The position numbers and the translations under genes are program-made. The notes below the pieces were generated by a model that had not been told where the DNA came from, did no database searches, and saw nothing but the letters and a program-made list of their open reading frames with translations. Shown one piece after another: positions 1 to 13,716 of a stretch of 64,000 bases of DNA. The DNA is from Paraspadella gotoi (Eukaryota > Animalia > Chaetognatha), in NCBI GenBank assembly GCA_051294375.1, contig CM119266.1, positions 19,975,657 through 20,039,656 on the forward strand, in the 5' to 3' direction. Numbering within the stretch: position 1 is the first letter of the stretch; every line of letters begins with the position of its first letter.

Positions 1-1757
1 TAGATGACTTTGACGCTATTGAGTTTTTGGATAAATATGAGTTGACATTCCTAGTAGAAAAATTAATGGAGATAAATGCGAGATAAATAATGGAAAACTA
101 TTTCACAATAGGTTCAAATTAATCGCTATCGACTTTAGATAAATCCCAATTCAACCGTACACCTATGCATGTTGGCTGCAGTCGACAGCGCCGGCGAATC
201 CATCTCCTCCAACACGTCTTCAGGGAGTGACGAAATGATCGCCAATTTCACGATTCGCGCCACCCAAATCGGCGCCATTCCTTCTTTGCTCTTAGATGAA
301 AAATTGGCGCGTATCAGCAGGGGCCTAGAAAGAAACAGAATGTCTGGTAGCGTTTTTTCCTTCTTTCGTTTTCTTTCTATCTTAAATTAAGTTACAGAGA
401 AACAAGTTTGAGCAAACAATTAACTTGCCTTCGTCTTTTTCTTTTTCAACATTACGTTAATGCCCTAAAACATACATCTTTTAAAAATTCAAATGCTGTC
501 CATTTGGTTATTGTCGTTATGTTATCCCAATGGCATTGTCAGGTTGTTCTTTTTTTCTTTTTTTCTTTTTCATTCTTCTTTTTTCCACTTAATGATTGGC
601 TTGTTTTATAATATATTTGTTCGTTTTGTTTTGTTTTTTATTAATTAGCTTTTCTGTATGCGTTCATTTTTTGTTCATTCATTCGGTTTCGGTCATTATA
701 TTTATAGTAGTTTTGTTAAAAGTTGTTGTAGTAATTGTTTTGGTTATGTTGATTATGCAAAATATAGTTATTGTAGTTTTTTGGTATTTGTAGTATTTGT
801 GGTGATTGTTATAATTACATTAATTACTAATTATTGTTGTTGTAACATGCCTTTACATATCATATTCATAGTGTATTTATTTGGTCCAGACCTTTCCACA
901 GCAAAATGAAAATTTTTGAAGGTCTTCAGCTTTAAAAAAGCTGCGGAAACGTCGAGTTCCTTGACGGCTTTATTGGCGTCGTTCAGAACAACATTCGCAA
1001 GGATACGCGGGAGGCTCGACGTAGGAGTGTCTTTTGTTCCGATAATCACCGTTAGATGGACGCAGTGGATAGGAATCGAATCGAAACAATGGATTAACTC
1101 TTTCTCCGCCCGCCCGATACTGCAGTCACTGTAAATTAAATGTTAGTATTAATTATAATTGATTTCTGTATTTATTTTATTATAATAATTTATTCTTTTG
1201 TGATGATGTTCAATAGTTTTTTGTTGGGTTGTATACGCTAATATTTTTAGAGTTATATTATGATTTATAGTCTCGAAAAGTAATTTATAAAATTTAAGCA
1301 GTCATATTACGAATCGGGGGAGGGGGGGGAAGAAGACGCGGAGAGTATAATATAATATAATATCTATAAATAAAATATTCAAATAATAAAAAATAGATAT
1401 TCAAACAATAAATCTATAATTATTATAATTAATAATAAAATATTCAATTAAATGAGCAATTCCACTGAATATGCACGGAATCGTCCATAGAAGAATCGAC
1501 GGAAGAACAATTAATGACTCCATTCGAACATTATTAATATATGTGTTTTATTCGTTTACAACAATTAGTTGAAACAGTACATTCAAAAGGGCATAGAGCA
1601 TTACAGATAAATTGTACAGTTTACGATTCAACAAAATATAATTAATATAATTATTATCGTTATTATCGTTAATCAATAAGGAAAACCTTGCAACTGGATC
1701 TGGAATGTTGGCTTTCGCTTCGGCTTTCCCCTTTTTCTTATCTTTTTTGGGTGGCAT
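1..1757 (-). CDS. Unidentified spliced gene, 5' part; continues off the window. Exons 1757-1687, 1128-892, 324-163, 50-<1
   Basis: Four exons join in frame through three GT-AG phase-2 introns: MPPKKDKKKGKAEAKANIPDPVAS-DCSIGRAEKELIHCFDSIPIHCVHLTVIIG...NFHFAVER-PLLIRANFSSKSKEGMAPIWVARIVKLAII...ANMHR-NVNSYLSKNS. No family recognised. Confidence 0.75.
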
Positions 1758-2983
1758 CTTAACGTCGTATTAATCGTGAAGCCGTTACAATATTTAATGC
1801 TGTTTAGCTGTTTAGCTGTTTAACATTTTCAGGTCGATGACGATGATTTTGCTTTCGTGATTCTTTTTATTTTCTTCAAACGTGAGCAACGTTATCATCT
1901 TATTCTAAAGCTCCGGCTTTTCCTTAACATGAATTCGTGACGTTGAATATAGATTCTTTATTATTTTATCTCTAAATTAATTTATTTAAGAACCTTAACC
2001 CGTATAATAAATGGTAAGAACTTATCTTTGACATTTTTATCTCAGAAATGAAATTTAACAACATAGTTCAGCACAATATGTAAAAGTTAACAGACAGTAC
2101 CATTGTGACGCACTGTATTAAAATTAAGTTCAGAAAGGGGGCGCTTTTGAAAATGAGAACCAATTTTTTTTTTGTTCATCTTTCAACCTTAGCATATTCC
2201 CTCCTATCACTTCCGCTAGTCAAGCCGAGTCACTATTTCTTTTTCGATTTACGCCAGACCCCCTAACCACCACTTCAAGCATCGTCCCCTACAGGCTAAC
2301 CACCTAAACTACCCCCCCTTTCCGCTTTCTCTCTCCTTTGATGACCAATTTGGACCCTCAACGAAAGCCCAGATGGTTGTTCGTTGCTTCTTCGTTGTCC
2401 AGCGCCGCGGCCACGGCTGGAGACCTCGAACCGAACGTCCGTTGCCCCTTTCGATCTGGAGACCCCGCGCAGGCGCCCCCGTCGTGGCTCAAAATGTGCC
2501 TCGCAACCCGCCTGGCCTCGATCGCTTAAGTCGGTGCTTCCATGATTCCCCCGCGGCGGAACCGCGTTGCGACCCAGTTGCCCGCGCTGAGCCTCATTTC
2601 CTGTCTTGACGTTCAGGTTTGGCCTCACGTCGTGATCCCCGCTTGACGCCTCCACTTCCCGCAACCGTTCGACGTGAGGGCGCTGCTGATCGATTGGGCG
2701 CAAGGCCGCGGCCTCCATGGACCGTGATCGGGCGAGCGGAAAACTCGGAATGCCGGATCGCCACTCTGACCGATCGGGCGCCGACGGGCGAGGCGCACGG
2801 CTAAGAAGCTATTAACTTGGATAATGTGATCGCTCGATTAGCTTAAATGACCGACGGGTCGATGAACGAAAGGGCGATTCGAAATGAGAGAGTATGAGAG
2901 GGAGGGAGAGGGGAGGAGAGAGGGAGATAGAGAGTGAGCAGAGGACAGAGCTGGGAGGGGAGAGGAGTCTGATGAGCGGAGAA

Positions 2984-3021
<38 letters not shown>

Positions 3022-3927
3022 GCATCGCCGTTGCGATACAATACAATCGATAAATGAACTACCAGACGATTGAACAAACAGATAAGATTATTCCGACATT
3101 GGGCAAATTATCCGCGAATAAGTAACGGATGTTGGACGAGGCTCATTAAGATATTGGGAGACCGGGAAAGATAGTCACGCCTTATTTCACGAAACCAATG
3201 AATTGAATTTAAATGAGAATTGCAAATGAAAATTTATTCACAAACTAGCAACTCGAGGTTCAGTTGGTAATTTATCAAGAGAAAAAAAATATTACAAAAC
3301 AGAAATTATTAAATATTAACCGTAGATAATAAGGTTATAAATAAGGTTATCAGATACCGATTGACCCGCCCTCTCTAATCGACTGCATTTAGGTGATCAT
3401 TTGTTTCGCTTCGCTCGTCCGCCTTCGCCGCCCGTCGCTTTATTACTCTCTTTTTTGGGCCGAAATAAACGTGCGGAACCGTTAGGGTTATTTTCTTTCT
3501 CCCTCTCTCTCTCTATCATAACCCATGGCCGTTTTTCGCCCTCCAGTTCTTTGGTCATTTTCCACCTTTTGATGGTCATCTTGCCGACTTTGCCCATGGA
3601 TCAGGAACCCGCCTCGCTCTTCCGCTTGCCCTTCCCTCTAAGACCACCCTTCTCGCCAAACTCCCCCCCCAACTCCCCCCCCGTCCGCCTAAAGTTAGTT
3701 TTGTGGCTCTGACAAAGAAAAGTTTCGTTGTAACAAATTGTTTATATCAAAACTCAGCGTTCACGGTTCACTGTTCCCTCGTATCTACCATGTTGGAAAT
3801 GAAGATTTTCACCAAAACTTTAACTTTATAAGAAAATAAAACAAAAAAAGGAAAGAAGAGAGAAAAAGTAGAAAGGAAATGAGAGCAGCGAGAAATATTC
3901 TCTCGATCCTAAAGATAAATGGAAAAA

Positions 3928-4190
3928 AAATAGAGGAATACGAGGAATGCTTTGCTTTGCTTTGATTTGCTTTGCTTTGCTTTGCTTTGCTTTGCTTTGC
4001 TTTGCTTTGCTTTGCTTTGCTTTGCTTTGCTTTTGCTTTTGCTTTTGCTTTACTTTACTTGAAATACTTTACTTAACTTTAATTAACTTTACTTTACTTT
4101 ACTTTACTTTACTTTACTTTACTTTACTTTACTTTTCCTTACTTTACTTTACTTTACTTTTACTTTACTTTACTAAATAGAGGAATACGA
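3928..4190. repeat. (TTTGC)n/(TTTAC)n pentamer array between 16-bp direct repeats
   Basis: AAATAGAGGAATACGA at 3928-3943 and 4175-4190 flanks the array, which resembles a target-site duplication. Confidence 0.8.
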
Positions 4191-4681
4191 CTTTTCTGGT
4201 ACGTCCTTCACTAAAAAGTTTTCTTTATATAACCAAATATATAGTAATTTTGGAATAATGTATATAAAATCTAATTTAATTTTAAGGTATCATTGTTTGT
4301 TCTACTTTTTTTCTCGGTTGATGAAAACGAAGGGTTCGTCAACGTAGACGAGATAATAGACTTTGAACGAGCAAAGCATCTTAAAAATGTTGATTTAATT
4401 GAGAAAAGGAAGAGAGGAGATGCGTCGAGTATGCTGTGACGATGAGAGAGATGAGGTGCGGGGAGGGGGAAGGGATGTGGTGAGAGGAAGGAGTAGACGA
4501 GATGGAAAGGTGGGGTGGAGCTGCGAGAGGAGGAGGGGAAGAGGAGGTGTGGAGGAATAGTGGGAGAGAGGAGGAGTGAGGGAGACGGGGAGACGGAAGG
4601 GGAGGAAGGAGCGCGCGACGACGGAGGAAGAGAAGGGCTGACGTGCAGAAGCGATGCAGATAGGAGGAGCGGAGGACGGAA

Positions 4682-4726
<45 letters not shown>

Positions 4727-6171
4727 GAGAGAGAATTTTCTTGTTTTTCCCATGAGTTTTTTTTTTGCTCAATCGAGACTAAGTGCGCCGAGAAAAACGA
4801 AACGAAAAAACCGAAAAAAACGATACTTATAAATGATAGGCGAGTATTTTAATAAAAAAAAGAAAATGTGAATCAAAAAGGACTTGTTCATTTCTGAGCC
4901 CGAGGGTAGTTGCGGATCCTCGAATTCTCATTGGATAATTTAAAGTGAAAAAAATGAGAAGAGGCGTCCTTGAGAACCACGCCCAAAACCGGAAGAGCCT
5001 CTCCTCCAAAACTGACATTAAAGAAGATAACAGTCCGAACTAGAAGTTAGCGAAGACGACGACGACGAAAACGACGCTAATTAGAATATAATTATAAAAG
5101 TGAATAAAAAGAAAATTTCTCTCTCGAAATAATATTGAAATAAAAATGATAATGATGTTTAATTTTTTTTGGTTATATCTAAAATCGGATTTTGCGTTTT
5201 AAGTTTTTTTGCATTCCAGATTGTTTGGNNNNNNNNNNGTTATATCTAAAATCGTATTTTGCGTTTTAAGTTTTTTTGCATTCCAGATCGTTTGGGAATT
5301 ACTTGGCTTAGAGATCGTTAGATTTTTGTAAACCTTGTATGCAAAAATTCGATACTTACAAAACTTTTTCCCTCACTAAATTATGCTTCTATTTGCTCTT
5401 TTATCTAGATTATTTTTTTATATTTTTAAATTTATATTACACATCTAACTCAATTATCAAAAGGATAACAATAATTGTTACCGTATAATTTTTAAAAGAA
5501 AACGCAATGCAAGGTTACAAAATTACTTCTTCCTTGTTTAATCAAGTCAATTACTAGAAAAGTTAAGCATTTCTTCGGAATAATGAGTAAGGGAGACTTT
5601 CTCGCTCGAATCCGGATATCAAACCGGAAATTTGTTTCTGTCAGATTCACGTACGGGACGAAAGGACTAAGACGGCATCAATGACCGCGATAATTACGCC
5701 TTATTGGCCACCTATCAAAGTGTTCATTTGTCGGCCACGACTAATTATTGACACAAAAATGTTTATAAAGAAGTAACAAAGAATTGTCCTAATGTCAATA
5801 CTGAAAAGTTGTCCCTCCCTGTCGCGTTCGTTGCTAAGCGACGACGACGACGACGACGACGACGACTGAATCTTTGCTTCAATTAGAAAGAGAAAACGGA
5901 AGGAAAAGAAAAACGAGATCGAAGATCCCGAAGAGAATAAATCCCGAGTACGAAATCTCTCGGCGACCGATTAATTATTGCTTAGAAAATAAAAACGTCA
6001 ACGATTGAGGGTAAACAAAGAAAGAAACAAAGAAACAAGGAAACAAAGAAAGAGCCTCCAACCAAAAGTAGTGGGGGTGGATGGCCGAGTCAATGAAGAT
6101 AAGCGCCAAGGTAAGTTAACTACGTTAGTGCGGTATTGGGGGGAGAAGGGTAGGGGGCGTGAGCCGCCCGG

Positions 6172-6227
<56 letters not shown>

Positions 6228-8523
6228 TCTCTCTCTCTCTTCTCTCTCTCTTTCTTTCTCTTCTCTCTTCTCTCTCTCTCTCTCTTGACAGATGCACAAA
6301 GATAGATTGAAGGTGGGGCAAAAATATGGGTAATGGATTCGGTCCAGGGAATCGAAACAAAAACCTCACCGTCTCTCTGGGCTTTCGACCCTTTCACAGT
6401 TTCTCCCCCACCAACTCTGACCTTTTCTCGCTGTCCTTTACAAAGTCGAAAATCTCACTGTTACACCTCGTTTTATTTTTGGCTTTCGAGTCGTTCACGC
6501 AAAATAAAGGCCAGATTCAAATACAGTTCGAGACACTTNNNNNNNNNNCTCTGGAGGAGAGAAGAATCTATTTATTTTTCATGTTAATAAACACCTCGAA
6601 TCTGCTCATTAATGACGTTCGGGCCACTGAGAAACCGGAACGTCGTCGCTGGGGTGGACGACGACGACGACGACGATGACGACGACGAACGATTGGGCCG
6701 ATCGGGTGTTCGCTTAAGAGAAAAAAAAATTCTCGCAGGGTTTGCGGCGTCTTTTTCGCGACTGTTACTGTTTTGCGTTTCTTCCTTGCTCTCCCTCCTG
6801 CCTCTTCTTCTCTTCTTCTCTCTCCTCTCCTTCTTCTCTCTCTCTCTCTTTCTCTTTCTCTCTCTCTCTCTCTCTCGATTTCTTCTCTCTCTCTCTGTTT
6901 CTTTCTTTCTTTCTTTCTTTCTCTTTTTCCTTTATTTTCACACCTCTCAAGTCTTTTTTTCATATCTCTCTTCCTCCCCTCATATTTTCACTATTTCTAT
7001 TTTCTCTTCATATTCTCCTACTTTCTCCCCCTTTCTCTCTTTCGTCTTCTCCTATACTTTCCCCACCTCTCTGCTCTCTCTCCTCATCTCTTCCGGTCTC
7101 TCTCGGGTCTTTCCTCTCTTTGCTCTGTCTCTCTCTCTCTCTTTTCTCGATCTCTCTCTCTCTCTCTCTTGCTCATCGTCTCTCTCTACACTCCTCCTCT
7201 CTCTCCCTCGCCTCTTCTCGTCTTTCAACCGGGTGTTCGTCTGGTTCGCACGTGCGTTTTTCTTTCCCTCGCCTCGACACCGGGCGGAGTTTAAAAGGTC
7301 ACGGGAAACCTTTTTTTTTTCGTGTCTCTCGAAGAAAACAAAAGAGGAAAAAAGCATTTGGAGGTGAGACGATCGTCCGTCCGATAAAAGGACATTTTGA
7401 GACTTAAGATGTCATCCTCCTTTCATTTTCTGATTCGATTCAATTCTGCAAGGTTGTTTTCTCGTAAGAGTGATGGGGGCCTTAAACCACCACAGCTTGT
7501 CCAAAGTCAGGGGCAAGATGAATTATTTATAAAATTAATGGATAATTTTTTATATTGGTTGTACCAATTTCATAATAAGACATTAGAACGAAGATTTTAT
7601 TTTGAGGGTCCTTTAAACGAATCGATACGCAGATGTCTGGGCAACTCAAGATTGTTTGCTCAAGAAATCGTCGGCGGAGGAGTTCGATGTGGTCGTCTTT
7701 CTCGTCGTCGATTTCGTCTTGAAGGATCGAAGCGCTTCGTCGAGGTTTTCGATGTCTTCGTCGTCATTGCAACCATCTTCATTTGGAATTTGACGGCGTC
7801 GTCGTCATCATTCTTTGTCGTCGTCTTCATCGTCGTCGTCGTCGTCGACGTCGTCTCCAGGGTTTGATAGAAACACTTGTTCTATTCGTTCTTAGCCGAG
7901 TTTCTTCATCTGGTTGTTGTTCAAACTAAGAGCCGTTTTCTGCTCCTGGGAAAATTGAGAACATTTCTTTCCAATTATGACAGCTGGTGTCAAAGGAAGA
8001 AGAAGGGAGAATGAGAAAGGAGAGGAGGAGGAGGAGGAGGAAGATGATAACCAGTTGGAGGAGGGGAAATAGAAAGAAAAAAAAGAACAAGGAGAAAACA
8101 CTTGATTAAACGATACAAATACATTGTAAAAAATGATCAATCGTATTATTTAAAACTATTAGTTCAAAGGGAACAAAAATCATCTTTCGGTTAAAATATT
8201 AGGTGATTACTAGTTTAGCAAGTAATTAACAAATAATAGTAACCAATAAAATTAATAAACAATAACAAACAAAAGTAATAACAAACGGCAAACATTTTCT
8301 TTTCACATCCCGATTTGAGTTGCCAGAAATGACGCATTAAACTGATTCGGGAAAAGGGGGGGCAGGTTTCTAAAGATAGAATTAATTGTAACGGCGAATA
8401 TTTTTTGTAACATCCAGGTGTCCGCCTCAACAGTAAATATATAAAACAAAGAGAAAGTAGGAAGAGGAGAGCGAGTGGTGGGAGTGAAAGAAAGAGGATG
8501 CAACTGGAAAAGCCCTTCAAGTC

Positions 8524-9119
8524 GGCTCTCTTTTCCAAAAGGGTCTCATTTCAGTTCCTTAATTCCACAATGTAATTTTAACCTTAATCGTAATTGGTTA
8601 TCAATCGTAACCCAAATCCTAAACCCAAATCCCTTAGCCTAACCTTAATCCTTAACCTTAAACCCTGGTACCTAACATTAATCCCTTACCTTACTAACTT
8701 TTTTAGTAATAAATTTGATGGTGACCATTACTCAATAAAAAATTAAAGACCTACGAGGCTGAAAACTATGTAATATTATTATTATATTATATTATATTAT
8801 TATTAGTGATTATGACCCAATAAAATAATCAAACCCATACAGTTCTGAATGACATAATGACATTGTCTATTACTGTAACTCTATAAAGTATATACTACTG
8901 GAAATACCGTGATGATATTGATAAAACTGTAACACAATGAAACAATGAAAAACTTACATCCCTGAAGACTAAACTAACTTACTAAAACTAACTTAATCCT
9001 TAACGTTTATCCCTAACCTAATATCCAACCATAACTTGTAACCTAATCTTCAAACCTTAAAAAAAATAACTCAATTACGAAATATAATAAGAAACGGGGC
9101 GCTCTGGGAAAATAAGGCC
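8524..9119 (+). mobile_element. PIF/Harbinger-like MITE with internal degenerate (TAACCC)n, full-length copy A
   Basis: Imperfect ~29-bp TIRs GGCTCTCTTTTCCAAAAGGGTCTCATTTC ... GAAACGGGGCGCTCTGGGAAAATAAGGCC; 3-bp flank GTC on both sides; related copies at 15487, 32941, 35812 and 50095. Confidence 0.7.
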
Positions 9120-9474
9120 GTCAATTCTTCCCTAACGAAGAGCCTCGAATCTCGTCTGGCGTCGCACCTCGCGTCAAAGACCTCGTTGCAGGTGTCGCGT
9201 CGAATTGGATCTTGAACACCTTGAGATCCTCGCTAAATTCGGATTAGTTGTTGGGAGTCATAAACTGGGAGGAAGCTCTTCGAGGCAGCTCATCGAATAT
9301 TCTTTTTTTTTATGGAAGCTCTTTTCAATATATATATAAACTTTTTGAAAGAAATCTTGAAAAAAAAAAAATCTCTTTGAAATTCAAATTGAATGAACTC
9401 TTTAAAAATCCTCGACGATTAAACTCTCATTGGAAGCCTTTTAGAATTATACTGCTAGACTGAGAATAAGCTTG

Positions 9475-9515
<41 letters not shown>

Positions 9516-9640
9516 TTAACGCCTCAACGCCAAATATGGCCGAGTGAGTTTTTGTAGACGAACTAGACAACACGAACAAACAAACAAACAAAGATTTCGA
9601 TTCTTTAATTAAAAGAATCGTCGTCATCCTCATCTTTTTT

Positions 9641-10031
9641 AGTTGCGCCGCGAGTACTCGTCGAGCAACTCTATAAGTCACTTTTCGGTCCGTGGGTCCG
9701 TCAGTCCGTTGGTCCGTCGGTCTGTCATACTTACATTAAAAATGCTCATAATGACATAATGGCACAACTTGAATATAGCTGGTTGATCATTTGTCAAGAC
9801 AGGAAAAAACCTCAAATCTAAGGAACTGCTAGCGCCCCGTTCAGGAAATAAAAGACAAAAGACAAAAGACAAAATTCCGATGTAGTGATTTTCATAAATG
9901 TACGGGCTGAGAAAGTTATGGTAGTCATGTCATTTCATGACGACATGTCATGTAATGTCACGTCATGTCACAAGAAACACACATTATGATGCAGTTACTG
10001 CGGTGCAATACATTTGAATAACCGTTCTTGT
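9641..10031 (+). mobile_element. HINE/DINE-1-like non-autonomous Helentron, family A
   Basis: T-run, then the hairpin-forming AGTTGCGCCGCGAGTACTCG, a GTCC/GTCG microsatellite core, a 3' subterminal inverted copy (GCGGTGCAAT) and a CGTTCTTG+T-run end; related copies elsewhere in the window. Confidence 0.65.
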
Positions 10032-10202
10032 TTTTTTTAAGAATCTTCGTCTCAGTCTTCTCCATCATCGTTATCTTGTTATCCCAATCATCTCGAACAT
10101 CGTCGATCCCATTATCTTTTTCTCACATCTTTTCTTTTCCAATTCTTCAAATTCAAAGGAAGTGAATTGAGGAAAAAAAAAAAGGTTGAGAGGCTGATTT
10201 TA

Positions 10203-10352
10203 AAAAAATGGGGGATGAGCGGGCCAAAGTGGGAAAAGAACGGGCGGCTTGAGTAATAAGGGCCTTTGCCCTCCCTTAAAAAATGGGGGATAAGCGGGCC
10301 AAAGTGGGAAAAGAAGGGGCGGCTTGAGTAATAAGGGCCTTTGCCCTCCCTT
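10203..10352. repeat. Tandem duplication of a ~75-bp unit
   Basis: AAAAAATGGGGGAT(G/A)AGCGGGCCAAAGTGGGAAAAGAA...CCTTTGCCCTCCCTT occurs twice, nearly identical. Confidence 0.85.
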
Positions 10353-11068
10353 AAAAACGGACCACACCAGCCGAAGCCCGTTCGTGGAGAGCGGAGGAGG
10401 CGGCGTTAGCGTCGGGACGGTCGTTTGGGGGGAAAGCTTCTTGCTCGTCGGCTCGTCTCAACTAGAGAACCCGACTGAGTAAATGACGCCAAGTATGACG
10501 CGAAAACTTTATCTTTTTTCCGCTGGTATGGGTGGGAAATGTGGGTGGGAAATGTGGGTGGGAACCGCGAGGGAACTGTGGGTGTTGGTCTCAAAACACG
10601 AAACGGGATATTTGCAGAGGAAAGAGGATTTGGAAAACGAGGAAAGAGAGATGAAAGATAAGGCGAGTTTGAGAAGAAAAAAAAAACGCCATAGATAACG
10701 ATCATTTAACGGAAAAACGCGCGGCTTTCTTGTTTATAATACGAAATGTCATATACATGGTCATATTTGGACCTAAATGTTATATATGGTACTTTTATAC
10801 AATTAAAACATTTTATAAAAACTAATTGTACCACTTCGGCCGAGACCGGTACATTGGGGTCAACAAGTACAGTGGTGAAGTGGCGAAAATGGCTCGTGTC
10901 TCGTCGGGTGGGATTTCTAAACCTCGCTGGATCACGAGAGGAGTGTAATCGGCCCAGAATCTACGAAGAATGTCTCGTCGTTGTCTAAGTTTTCCAATCC
11001 ATACGGAACCCACTAATGCTTCCATTGGCGCTGAGGCGTCTCTTTTGAAGGATCTCGTAAACAATTCT

Positions 11069-11114
<46 letters not shown>

Positions 11115-11995
11115 TCAGGACAGTTAAGCTCCATTTTCCACTTGAATACGGAAGTCATCGATGAGATGGACGACGACGACGACGACGACGACACGTCGTC
11201 TTTACAATCACCTCGCGCCGCCGAGTCCACTTTGCGAAGACGACGACTCATCCTTTTCTCATTTTTTTCGAGCAATCCTCATTAACGTTCGTTCGTTCGC
11301 TCGTTCGTTTGTTCGCTCGTTCGTTCGCTCGTTCGCGCGCTCTTTTGGAAATAAAGCCGAAACATGTACGTTTTTAATACAAATAAATCGTTGTTGAACC
11401 AATTCAAATTTTACCTCTAGGAAATAATTTTAAAAATTCATTTGAAGTACTAGTAAAAAATGGTACGAGTGTGAGTAATTGTTTAACTTTAAGGAACATA
11501 TTTCCCTCGTCATAATTATTATTCAATTACAGCTCTCGATAAATGACCCCGAAGTGAAGGACAGTTTTGCTATACGATCGATAGTGAAACGAAAAAAAAA
11601 GCCAAAACTACGCCGTGGTAAAGAACACATGCTCTCAGCTTCCACGAAACAAAAGAACAGCACATGGCAACACCTTTCTGAGAATCTAACAACAACATCG
11701 TCATTCTTTTCTCATTATTTACAAACCAGTGAAGCTCGAGGGTAGAAGAAGAGAGAGGGGGAAGATTTTCCCAGAGGGTTTTGAACCTGGGCAAAATCGG
11801 AAAAAAAAGGGGGGGCTTTGTAGAAAAGAGAAACTTTTACCACTTAACTGGTCCAGTCTCTCAATTCTACTTAAATTGCGATCCTATTCGTTGTCGAGTC
11901 GCAGTGAAAAGTAATATTTATTTTCTCTTCGTTTTACGTCGAAAACTGAATTAAGAATTTCCGCTTTGAATTTTACCCCCGCCACCCATTTTATA

Positions 11996-12054
<59 letters not shown>

Positions 12055-13716
12055 CTTCTCCTCTCATAGCCAGGGGAGCGGGTCTCCTCGCTTCTCGTAT
12101 TACGCCTTTTGTTGATTTTCCCTCGCAGAGTCGATCGTCACAAGTCCCGAAACTCTCCAACTCTTCGCTGCCCATCATCCGGCCAGCTCCATTCCCTTCC
12201 ACCCTCACCTGTCAACTCACTCCATCACCACCTTTGCTCCTCATGCAGTTCACTTGATTCACGCCGTCAAATATTGTTACCGTTAAATGCGTTAACGGTA
12301 CATCATCAGTTTCTTGTATTATCCACAGTTTAGACTCTGGGGCAAAACGTTACTGCTTCTACTCTCAATCACGTCACTCTAATTCTTTCTTTGGTAAAGG
12401 GTCAACCTTTTTCACTGACCAACCCTCGGTCCCTCCGTGATCCTGACATAACACGTTAGCTCTTCCACTCGAGATAGTGAAAATAAGCGCCTCTGGATTT
12501 TACCTGAGGATATATTCGCGTAACATGGACCAGGTTCGCTATCTTTCGAACGCTGGGCGAATTCCTCGTTGGGAATTAGACAAAAATGTTAAAAATCATC
12601 TATTTTGTAACAAAATTGAGCTCATGACCTCGGATCTGCTCACGATTATTCATCAAATAAGATAATCAGATGATAAATCATTATAAATCTTTTCATTTTT
12701 TTATTTGATGACGAGATTAAATATCATAAAATGATTATTGTTGTTGTGGTTTGAATAATTTAGGTGATTATGGTTGTTGTGATCTGTGGTGATTGTGGTC
12801 AATATATTGGAGGGGGTTGTGGTAATTATGGTCATTATGATGGTTATTATTTTTTATTTATTATTTATTGCAAATCCGAAAAATCCAGGTGTCTCCACTG
12901 AAAAAAATCATACAAAAGAACAGTTTCGAGATCGCGAAGTCTCGCATTAGGGAATTAGCATATTTCGAAAAGCTATTTTTTGAACTAACCTTTACACTTA
13001 ATTTTATTGCTCTGTGCCTAATCATGCAAGGTTTTTTTATTTAACTCGATATACCTCCATAGGTATATTTTGGGTCTAATTATGGTCATTTTGATGGTTA
13101 TAATCATATTGATGTTTTGGTCATTATAGTAGCAGTGGTCGTTATAATATTGATTGTAGTTGGTTGTAGTTGTAGTGATTGTTATGGTAGTCATGGTTGT
13201 AGTTGATATACATAGTATGTATACATACTGGTTCTGGTGTTTTTTTATTGTTTATTACATAGTTCGGGTTATTATGGGTATTGTTTATCAAACTTTATCA
13301 CACACTATACTAACCTAACCAGATACAAAATTTTAACTTTATCCGTTTATCCGTAAGAGTAATTGAAGTTCAAAGCTAAGGGCGGACGAATTAACAGACG
13401 GACATCTTTTTTATTGCTTAATTTTTTCATAACTCAATGTTCTAAAATAATTTAAGTAAGTAACCGATAATCTATAATGGGCGATCGACAGACCGACCAA
13501 GTCGTGTCTGCGATAGCAAATTCGACAAAAAAACTTACACTTGTCAGTCTTGTGAAAAAATATACGAATACAATTTGTCACCGAGATAAAGACAACTAAT
13601 TTTTTTTTCATCGAGAGGAAAATTAAATTTATAATTAATTTCGTTACTTCGGTTTTTTTTTTAAATATATACATGATTGTAAATAAATTATTTCATTTAA
13701 TCTTATTGACGTTTTT

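Noticed and set aside
5172-5295. Direct repeat on both sides of a 10-N gap
   Set aside because: Typical unmerged contig-overlap artefact.
4271-7407. Many ERER/SLSL ORFs here and at 15834-16284, 16820-17087 and 22741-23546
   Set aside because: Translations of (GA)n/(CT)n microsatellites, not genes.
7640-7990. Acidic coding-like minus-strand stretch
   Set aside because: Built on (GAC)n repeats with in-frame stops and no consistent splice path.
11027-11041. BMP/Smad-Schnurri silencer element (GRCGNC-N5-GTCT) upstream of ADMP
   Set aside because: Only a near match (GGCGCT-N5-GTCT); no exact site found by eye.
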